From Chthonomonadales bacterium (GTDB lineage: Bacteria > Armatimonadota > Chthonomonadetes > Chthonomonadales > Chthonomonadaceae): 11,048 nt of DNA. A program made the position numbers and the translations under genes. Of the stretch, positions 1 through 6,267 are shown in pieces; position 1 is the first letter of the stretch, and every line of letters starts with the position of its first letter. The stretch spans positions 1 to 11,048 of the forward strand of contig JBBQPO010000208.1 in NCBI GenBank assembly GCA_038217285.1. The letters are read 5' to 3'. Below the pieces are notes generated by a model. The model was not told the origin of the DNA. It did no database searches and saw only the letters and a list, made by a program, of their open reading frames with translations.

Positions 1-825
1 CGTCCCCCCAACTGGCCCTTCGCCCTTCTCGGCCTCCTGCGCGATGGTCAGGCAGAGCCTCTGGGTCATGTAGGGATGCCCGCCCGTCCAGTAGAGTACG
101 CGCTCCAACAGGGCGGTGCTGCCTCCGGAACCGGTCTGGTCGGGAAGATGGCTGGCCAGGGGAGCGGCTTCACGAGGGGTGAAATCGGTCAGGCGGATAC
201 GCGATCCGATGTTGAAGGGGCTGAGGCGCACGTCGCTGATAAGGTCGGCGGGAGAGGCGACGCCGAGCAGACAGAAGGTGAGGCGTTCGTAGAGCGGGTC
301 TTCGGCGCGGCGATTGTAGCAGGCGCGGATGCCGCCGAAGAACTCGTCGGTGGAAAACGGCAGTCCCTTCACCGCGTCGATCTCATCGATGAAGACGACC
401 AGTCGGCCCGGCTCTCCGGCCTTCTCACAGGCCGCAATCGCAGGCAGCACGACCTCGTGCAAGGCTTCCATCCAGCGCTGCAAGGGGCCAAGCTCTTTGT
501 GGTCGCGCCAGAAGGCGGAGATCGGTGTCAGCAAGTTCAGGGTAACGGCCATGCGCCGCAGCATCCCGAAGTACCACTGCTCGAGGCTGATATGCTGCCC
601 GACCGCCGTCAGGTCCAGCACACAGACGGCGGTGGAGGCGCTTCGGAGTTCCTGTGCCGTCCGCACCATAAGCGAGGATTTGCCCATCTGTCGCGTGTTG
701 AGGACATAGCAGAATTCACCGCGCAGCAGGCTCGACACGAGTTCGCTGTCGGCCTCGCGCACCACGTAGGAGGAGGCGTGGAGAGGCAGTGTCCCCCCGG
801 TGAAATAAAACGGCTCGTCAGACAT
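1..825 (-). CDS. AAA_35 (AAA-like, STAND-class) NTPase domain protein; N-terminal 275 aa, 3' end beyond the window
   Basis: Not in the ORF track because no stop falls in the window. Manual translation from ATG at 825: MSDEPFYFTGGTLPLHASSYVVREADSELVSSLLRGEFCYVLNTRQMGKSSLMVR...LVVFIDEIDAVKGLPFSTDEFFGGIRACYNRRAEDPLYERLTFCLLGVASPADLISDVRLSPFNIG...LYWTGGHPYMTQRLC. It has Walker A (NTRQMGKS), Walker B (VVFIDEID), the SPFNIG motif and the STAND GxP motif (GGHPY). The frame is open to base 1 and starts 36 bp after the stop of the upstream gene. Confidence 0.93.
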   Translation of the reverse strand, partial: MSDEPFYFTGGTLPLHASSYVVREADSELVSSLLRGEFCYVLNTRQMGKSSLMVRTAQELRSASTAVCVLDLTAVGQHISLEQWYFGMLRRMAVTLNLLTPISAFWRDHKELGPLQRWMEALHEVVLPAIAACEKAGEPGRLVVFIDEIDAVKGLPFSTDEFFGGIRACYNRRAEDPLYERLTFCLLGVASPADLISDVRLSPFNIGSRIRLTDFTPREAAPLASHLPDQTGSGGSTALLERVLYWTGGHPYMTQRLCLTIAQEAEKGEGPVGGT

Positions 826-861
826 GCTGGTCTCGTTTCTGCGGAGGCGGTATTCGACGTG

Positions 862-3177
862 TCAGGGCAGACGGTGGGAAAGGTAGGTAGAGTAGATACG
901 GCAGCGAAAGCCAATGGAGGCACCCCATTCGCCGGCGAGCACACCGGCGCTGCGCAGTCGGTAGAAGCTCTCGGGCGTTGGGCACGGTCGCCCATTCAGC
1001 ATCGCGCGGACGATCTGTGTCAGCGCCTCGTCCTGCACCAGGGAGGTGAGAAGGCGGCGCAGGTGATCCCCGAACGCGCCTTCGTCTCGATCAGCCTGCA
1101 TCTCCAGCGCGTCCAGCGTCATTCCGCCCACGGCCAGGGCGTCGAGCGCTCGCCGGGTCAGATAGGGCTGTCCGCCAATGAGTGCATAGAGGCGTTCCAG
1201 CGCTGCGCGGTCTCGCAGCGGACTGCCGCAGCGCCGGTTCAACTCGGAGACCTCCTCGATCTTGAAGTCGTGGAGCACCAGATGAGTACCGACGTTGAAC
1301 GGAGACTGATTGAGGTCGGAGACGAAGAGGTGCGCTTCGGTTGCATAGGCGATGGCGAGGGTGACGCGGCTCCAGGGGCCTCCCGGTTCCAGCGATCGTT
1401 CATTGTACCACGCCCGGAACAGGCCGAAGATCTCGCTGCCGAAATCACAGGTGAAGAGGCGATCCACCTCGTCCAGCGCCCAGACGAGCGGCCCGTCGAA
1501 GCTGCCGAGTACCTGTTCGCACAGAAATAGCTCCATGTTCAGGTTCGCGCCCATATCGGGATCCCACGCCTCTTTGCCGGGCGGCGGCAGTCCGGCCTGT
1601 CGCGCGATGGTGATCGCGAGGGCGTATAGGAAGGTATCGGGCGACTCCATCTGCGCCCGGTTGAGCTTTTGCAGATCGGTACGCACGACTTTTGCCCCGC
1701 GCTGCCGCGCTGCCGCCAGGCTGCGGGCGAGGAGCGAGGTCTTGCCCATCTGCCGCGCGCCCTTGACGAGGACGATGCTCTGCTGGTCGGCAAGCGCCCG
1801 CTGAAAAATCCGGTCGGTGGGCCGCTCGATGTAGTACGGGGAGTCGACGGGCATGCCGCCGCCGATGGCTTCGATGCGATGCGGCGGCGCGGGAAGGGCC
1901 GGAGGCTCCAGCAGAGACTTCAGGACTGCCGCAACGAGGGCCGGGTTGTCCTGCTCGCTGCTCCACTGCAAGTGCTGGAGGGGATTGAGGATGTCGGCCA
2001 TCGCGGTTGTCGGCGGGAGAGGCGCAGTGTAGCGGACGCGAATGGGCAGCAGCATGGGCAGGCCGAACTGCGCCTGCGCGGCGTTGTGCGCCGTTTCGAT
2101 CTCGTAGTCGAGCATCTCGCTCTGGACGGCGGTTTCCGAGAGCAGAGGGACGACCGCATAAGAGTGCCGGATCTGGCGTTCGATCTCTTTAGCCCACGGC
2201 ATTCCCGCGCTCACATTGCGGTCGATGAAAACGGTATAGCCTGCGTGCGCCAGTTCTCGCTCCAGCAGGCGCATCACGGTCTCGTCGGGCTGTAGGTCGC
2301 GTTTGTAGAGAATCGCCACCTGTTTTCCATGGGAAGTTGCAGGGAAAGGAGGTGCAGGAGCTGGAACCTCCAGCAGAGAGGCTCCAGACGTCTGGGGGCG
2401 GTTTTCCGGGGGGCGCACGAGAGTGGCAAGCCCTTGCCGCGCCTCGTAATGCAGGCGCGCCATGAGACGCTGGGTCTCCCCTTCAGGCTGTGTTTCGGTG
2501 CCTTCGCGCAGTCGGCGGAGCGATTCGTACGCGTCCTCTGCGGCAGCGTACCGTCCCTGCCGTGCCAGCAGTTCCAGCAGGGCTCGATACCAACTCTCAT
2601 CCCCTGTCGTCACCTGAAGGGCGTGCCGCAGCCAGCTTTCGGCGGGGGAGTAGTTCTGGGTCTCGAGGGCCTCCTGCACCAGGGCGCGCAGGATTCTGTC
2701 AAAGGAGCGCTGACGCCGGGCACGGGCATCGATGGCCCATTTGTCGTTCCAGCCCTCCAGCAGTGGGCCGCGATAGAGCGCTACGGCCTGTGCCCACGCG
2801 GCGCGATCTTCCTGCCGTGCCAACCTATCGAATTCCAGAAAATCGACCTCTGCGCCCTCCAGATTGAAAGCGACGATCCCTTTGCCCCTGGTCTCTATCC
2901 TGCCCGCATCCGGCCCCAGGCTCTTGCGCAGGGTGTAGATCGCCTGTCGCGTGTTCTTAAAGTCGCCGCCGTCCGGATCGCTGTCGTCGATTTCATACGG
3001 CCAAAAGAGCCGCGCCAGGGTGCGATAGGAGACGGGAGCGCCCTGCTCAAGCGCCAGATAGGCCAGCACTCGGACGCCTTCGCGGCGGTTCATGACGGAA
3101 AGCGACTTGTCCCCCTGCCGTACTTGAAGGGAGCCGAAAAAGGTTAGAGCCAGCACCAGCGAGTCCCTTCTCGGCAT
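862..3177 (-). CDS. SARP-type (wHTH + BTAD) transcriptional regulator fused to TIR and AAA_35 STAND NTPase domains, 771 aa
   Basis: aa ~8-105 OmpR/SARP-like wHTH (LTFFGSLQV..VLAYLALEQGAPVSYRTLARLFWP..NTRQAIYTLRKSLG). aa ~111-245 BTAD (VDFLEF..AVALYRGPLLEG..W..DESWYRALLELLARQGRYAAAEDAYE..PEGETQRL). aa ~285-422 TIR_2-like (VAILYKR..GYTVFIDRNVSAGMPWAKEIERQIRHSYAVVPLLSETAVQSEMLDYEI..LLPIRV). aa ~437-771 AAA_35 (GGGMPVDSPYYIER, Walker A GARQMGKT, Walker B LVWALDEVD, SPFNVG, GGQPYL). Confidence 0.93.
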   Translation of the reverse strand: MPRRDSLVLALTFFGSLQVRQGDKSLSVMNRREGVRVLAYLALEQGAPVSYRTLARLFWPYEIDDSDPDGGDFKNTRQAIYTLRKSLGPDAGRIETRGKGIVAFNLEGAEVDFLEFDRLARQEDRAAWAQAVALYRGPLLEGWNDKWAIDARARRQRSFDRILRALVQEALETQNYSPAESWLRHALQVTTGDESWYRALLELLARQGRYAAAEDAYESLRRLREGTETQPEGETQRLMARLHYEARQGLATLVRPPENRPQTSGASLLEVPAPAPPFPATSHGKQVAILYKRDLQPDETVMRLLERELAHAGYTVFIDRNVSAGMPWAKEIERQIRHSYAVVPLLSETAVQSEMLDYEIETAHNAAQAQFGLPMLLPIRVRYTAPLPPTTAMADILNPLQHLQWSSEQDNPALVAAVLKSLLEPPALPAPPHRIEAIGGGMPVDSPYYIERPTDRIFQRALADQQSIVLVKGARQMGKTSLLARSLAAARQRGAKVVRTDLQKLNRAQMESPDTFLYALAITIARQAGLPPPGKEAWDPDMGANLNMELFLCEQVLGSFDGPLVWALDEVDRLFTCDFGSEIFGLFRAWYNERSLEPGGPWSRVTLAIAYATEAHLFVSDLNQSPFNVGTHLVLHDFKIEEVSELNRRCGSPLRDRAALERLYALIGGQPYLTRRALDALAVGGMTLDALEMQADRDEGAFGDHLRRLLTSLVQDEALTQIVRAMLNGRPCPTPESFYRLRSAGVLAGEWGASIGFRCRIYSTYLSHRLP

Positions 3178-3246
3178 AGCGTTTTTATATTATCGAGACT
3201 GTGTTCCGTCTCTTCCATCGCTCGGACCAAGCCAGATTGTGCTTCA

Positions 3247-3252
3247 ATTATA
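3247..3252 (-). promoter_or_regulatory. Candidate sigma70 -10 element (TATAAT) for the SARP-TIR-STAND operon
   Basis: ATTATA on + reads as perfect TATAAT on the minus strand, 69 nt upstream of the ATG at 3177 in an AT-rich patch. No convincing -35. Confidence 0.5.
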
Positions 3253-3332
3253 CCTGAATGTAAACGCACTTGATATGTACGCCTGTTGCAGCCGCTCACC
3301 AGCCTTCTAAATTCCACACTGCCCCTCCTGAA

Positions 3333-3507
3333 TGACGCAAACAGCCGGTTCTTTGACGCTGGAACCGCGAAAAATGACGCCAGTGCTTGACAAAACGCTG
3401 CCTTCCTGAAAATACAGGCTGACGCTCTTTTCTGCTCCGAATCCGACCGCCGAATCTTTGACGCTGGACCGCTGAACTCTGACGCAAATTCGTGCATCGC
3501 TGACGCA
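3333..3507 (+). repeat. Phased direct-repeat array of TGACGC boxes (putative activator operator)
   Basis: TGACGC starts at 3333, 3354, 3375, 3420, 3459, 3480 and 3501, all in the same orientation. Spacings are 21, 21, (84 = 4x21 from 3375 to 3459), 21, 21. A 14-bp exact duplication TCTTTGACGCTGGA lies at 3350-3363 and 3455-3468 (105 = 5x21 apart). Confidence 0.85.
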
Positions 3508-3515
3508 CAGTGACC

Positions 3516-3521
3516 TATACT
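3516..3521 (+). promoter_or_regulatory. Candidate -10 element (TATACT) for the PEP-CTERM gene, with no recognisable -35
   Basis: TATACT matches TATAAT at 5/6 positions and lies 8 nt after the last TGACGCA heptamer (3501-3507). The -35 position (~3493-3498, TGCATC) is a poor match, as expected for an activator-dependent promoter. Confidence 0.55.
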
Positions 3522-3640
3522 TTCCCTGGATCAACCCAATTACATTAAGAGATCCAGGCATTCCGTTCCGGACACAATTTACCCTCTGCAAAGGAGGGAT
3601 CGAACGTGTCGGGGAATGAAGCCAGGAAAGGTGTTCGCCT

Positions 3641-4615
3641 GTGAAAATCAACAACCGTTACCTGCACTCCGTGTATCGCTCCAAAGCCGCTGTGGTAGGG
3701 AGCGGTCGTACCCTCCTGGGCGTGGCTCTGGCTTTCACGCTCAGTGCCCAAGTTCGATCCCAGAGACTCTACGTCGCAGATTACAACACTAACACGATCG
3801 TCAAGTTCAACAGCAGCGGAGTCGGAACGCAGTTCAATGTCAGCGGGAGTCTGAGTGGACCGCAATTCTTGGCTTTTGATACTCTGGGGAATCTTTACGT
3901 CACAAACAGGACCTCGAACACAATCGAAAGATTCCCAAGTTCCGGGGCGGGAACGCAGTTCAATGTCAGCGGAACTCTGAATCAACCAGAAGGTATGGCT
4001 TTCGATTCTGCCGGTAATCTCTACGTCGCAAGCTCCGCCGATAACAACATCCTAAAGTTCACCACCGGTGGGGTGGGATCGGTGTTCAATACCACCGGGA
4101 CAGCAGTGAGTAATCCTCGCGGTCTAGCATTCGACTCTGCCGGCAATCTCTTGGTCGCAAGCGCCAGCAATAACACTATCGTAAAGTACACCACGGGCGG
4201 TGTGGGATCGGTATTCAATACCAGCGGGCCGGCTTTGAGTGAACCCAACGGTCTGGCTTTCGATTCCTCCGGCAATCTCTACGTCTCAAACTACGGCAAT
4301 AGCACCATCGAAAAGTACACCGCCGCCGGGGTGGGTTCGGCGTTCACTACCAGCGGGACAGCAGTGAGTAGCCCGGAAGGTCTGGCTTTCGATGCTTCCG
4401 GCAATCTCTACGTCGCCAACTCCGGCACTGGCACCATCGGAAAGTACACCGCCGCCGGGGTGGGAACGACGTACAATACCAACGGGAATGTGAATGGCGC
4501 CACTGGCATTGCTTTCGCACCGGCGACGCCCGAACCGGGCAGCGTCGCACTGCTCACCGCCGTGAGCCTCACTGGCCTCTCCGCAGTGATCCGCAGGCGC
4601 CGCAAACGCGCCTGA
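3641..4615 (+). CDS. Secreted NHL-type repeat six-bladed beta-propeller protein with C-terminal PEP-CTERM sorting signal, 324 aa
   Basis: GTG start preceded by GGAAAGGTG. Basic n-region plus hydrophobic signal peptide (LLGVALAFTLSAQVRS). 42-43-aa repeats PxGLAFDxxGNLYVxN/S..TIxKY/F. C-terminal TPEPGSVALLTAVSLTGLSAVIRRRRKRA (PEP motif at ~4529-4537, TM helix, basic tail) is a canonical exosortase substrate. Confidence 0.93.
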   Translation: MKINNRYLHSVYRSKAAVVGSGRTLLGVALAFTLSAQVRSQRLYVADYNTNTIVKFNSSGVGTQFNVSGSLSGPQFLAFDTLGNLYVTNRTSNTIERFPSSGAGTQFNVSGTLNQPEGMAFDSAGNLYVASSADNNILKFTTGGVGSVFNTTGTAVSNPRGLAFDSAGNLLVASASNNTIVKYTTGGVGSVFNTSGPALSEPNGLAFDSSGNLYVSNYGNSTIEKYTAAGVGSAFTTSGTAVSSPEGLAFDASGNLYVANSGTGTIGKYTAAGVGTTYNTNGNVNGATGIAFAPATPEPGSVALLTAVSLTGLSAVIRRRRKRA

Positions 4616-4622
4616 TCCCTAT

Positions 4623-4685
4623 CGCTTCTCCCTGTTGCTGTCGGCTTCCGAGGGCAACAGGGCGGAAGCGCCCTCCGCCGGGAGG
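4623..4685 (+). terminator. Strong stem-loop(s) immediately after the PEP-CTERM gene (terminator or mRNA-stabilising hairpin)
   Basis: Nested inverted repeats CGCTTC/GAAGCG, CCCTGTTGC/GCAACAGGG and TCGG/CCGA span 4623-4670, followed by CCTCC-GCCG-GGAGG (4672-4685). Only a weak T-tract follows, so Rho-independent termination is uncertain. Confidence 0.55.
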
Positions 4686-4748
4686 CCGTTTGCTGTCACC
4701 CACCTCCGGCAGTAACGCTCTACGCATGTCTGGATGTCAAAAAGATAG

Positions 4749-6194
4749 ATGTTTATGTCTCTCCTCAATACCATGACTTCCCTCTGGAATAGACCTTCGG
4801 TCCGTCCGCACCATTCGAGCGCGGTTCTTTCTGCCCCTCATCCAGTCGGGAAGATCGCCGCGACCATCGCCACGGCGCTGAATCCAGCCCGTGTCCCGGT
4901 TCGAAAGCGAACGAAGCAAGGGACCTCCCCCGGAAACAGGCCACGTCCCGCCTCCGGCCAGTCGCCCACGCCTGCCCGTCGAAAGCGCAAGATCCGCCAC
5001 GATGTTGTGAGAATGACCTTCTGTGGTTTCTGTGAAGCGCCCCTCCAGATCGGTAGCCCCTGTACCCGGTGTCGCTCTCTGAGCCACGGGTTGTTTCCTG
5101 GGAAGAAACTGTGGCTGAGGATAAAGAGTTTTGGAACGGCACTCGCCCATAGGCGTGCATCCGCCCGACGTGGGGAGAGAATGGATTGTCCCCGTTGTTA
5201 CGGCAGCCTCAAAGCGGGAGCCAGACAATGTAGGCGTTGTCGGTGGAAAGCGGTTTCGGAGACGCCGATACACCTACCTCGACGCAGATTCCTCTCGATC
5301 TTGTGTCGCAAGGCGCAGACGGACGAGCAGGCGTTCTGCCCGAACTGCACCGCTTCCCTCGCCAGGAGGGCAACCCGGTGCAAACACTGTCATTGGACGC
5401 TCCGCCCTTCCCTGCTTCGTCGCCTGACGCTTCCCCGCCTACGTCCGGCAACAAAGGTGCCTCTCTGCGTCCATTGTGCCTGGCCGGTCCGGTCGCGGAC
5501 AAGTCTCTCGTTTCGCTGCCTCTGTGGGCAGCGTACGCGCTCTCGGGCAATCGACTGCACTGCCTGCGGCTCTCCCCTCGGCGCAGGAAAGATCGCCTGC
5601 TCCTATTGCGGAGAGGAGAGACCCCGCCGGGAGGCGCGTCGGGAGTATGCCCTGGCCGCCTGCCGTCAGGTGGGCCAGGACCTCAAGCGGGTCTGGGCGG
5701 CTCTGCTGCCTCGCCGATCTTCCCGCCCCGGTTGCATGCATTGCGGGGCGCAGGACAAGATGCGAGCGGGCGTATGTTGGGAGTGCGAGGAGCCAACTCC
5801 CCGTCGACTGAGCCTGTTCGAACCCCTGAAGCGGTGGCAGCAGGCGCGCCGCATCGCTCGGACAAGCCTGGAGGCCTGCACGCGGGAATGCCCGGACTGC
5901 AATACGTCTCTACTCCGGCGCGCGCGGCTCTGTCTGGTTTGCGGCTGGCGGCGGGGCGGAGCCAAACGACCGAAGGGGCGATTCCAGTGGAATCCGCTGC
6001 GCGTACGTATGTCTTCCTGCCCCAATTGTAGCGCCGCTTTCCCGACATTCCGGCGTCGCTGTGACCAGTGCCACTGGGTCCACTCTCCCGTGGAATACTG
6101 GCGACACACCTCCAAGCTTCTCCCGACAGCCCTGACGCTTACGGTGGCCGGTCTGATGTGGCTTCTGGTGTGGCTCATGGTAACATTTTTATAA
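4749..6194 (+). CDS. Arg-rich multi-zinc-ribbon (DZR-like) protein with C-terminal transmembrane anchor, up to 481 aa (start uncertain)
   Basis: 15 CxxC motifs plus one CxC, mostly paired as CxxC-x10-CxxC (CPRC..CRRCRW, CPNC..CKHCHW, CTAC..CSYC, CMHC..CWEC, CPDC..CLVCGW, CPNC..CDQCHW). Hydrophobic terminal helix LLPTALTLTVAGLMWLLVWLMVTFL. The regular Cys spacing argues this is the real frame among the overlapping ORFs. Confidence 0.8.
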   Translation: MFMSLLNTMTSLWNRPSVRPHHSSAVLSAPHPVGKIAATIATALNPARVPVRKRTKQGTSPGNRPRPASGQSPTPARRKRKIRHDVVRMTFCGFCEAPLQIGSPCTRCRSLSHGLFPGKKLWLRIKSFGTALAHRRASARRGERMDCPRCYGSLKAGARQCRRCRWKAVSETPIHLPRRRFLSILCRKAQTDEQAFCPNCTASLARRATRCKHCHWTLRPSLLRRLTLPRLRPATKVPLCVHCAWPVRSRTSLSFRCLCGQRTRSRAIDCTACGSPLGAGKIACSYCGEERPRREARREYALAACRQVGQDLKRVWAALLPRRSSRPGCMHCGAQDKMRAGVCWECEEPTPRRLSLFEPLKRWQQARRIARTSLEACTRECPDCNTSLLRRARLCLVCGWRRGGAKRPKGRFQWNPLRVRMSSCPNCSAAFPTFRRRCDQCHWVHSPVEYWRHTSKLLPTALTLTVAGLMWLLVWLMVTFL

Positions 6195-6267
6195 ATGACT
6201 CTGTGATCGGCAATCCCATCAAGTTCTAAGCGGTCTGCGGGCCTCCCTCTCAAAGGAGCAAGGAAAC

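Noticed and set aside
76-1530. 484-aa plus-strand ORF (also 1669-2295 and 2329-3147)
   Set aside because: Antisense shadows of the motif-rich minus-strand STAND genes. No recognisable domains, and long shadow ORFs are common in GC-rich DNA.
3387-3415. Perfect TTGACA (-35) inside the array
   Set aside because: No acceptable -10 at 16-18 bp spacing (best GAAAAT at 15 bp). It may be a degenerate TGAC box instead.
3333-3507. TGACGC array as a CRISPR array or plasmid iterons
   Set aside because: The conserved unit is only 6-14 bp with 15-bp gaps, far from CRISPR repeat/spacer sizes. No cas or rep gene is present, and full 21-mers are not conserved as iterons would be.
3560-3620. Known riboswitch (e.g. 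c-di-GMP-I) in the PEP-CTERM leader
   Set aside because: A GNRA-capped hairpin is present, but I cannot match the conserved core of any riboswitch class by eye. Kept only as a generic structured leader.
3144-3654. Short ORFs 3144-3497, 3296-3508 and 3307-3654 on the minus strand
   Set aside because: They cross the regulatory array, lack protein-like features and overlap real genes. The region is better explained as a divergent promoter.
5237-6031. 264-aa alternative plus-strand ORF and other ORFs overlapping the zinc-ribbon gene
   Set aside because: Low-complexity P/G/A/S translations. The 4749-6194 frame has regularly spaced CxxC pairs and a TM helix.
4749-6194. Multiheme cytochrome c interpretation of the Cys-rich protein
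   Set aside because: Only two of the 15 CxxC motifs are followed by His (CKHCH, CDQCH), there is no export signal, and the paired x10 spacing fits zinc ribbons.
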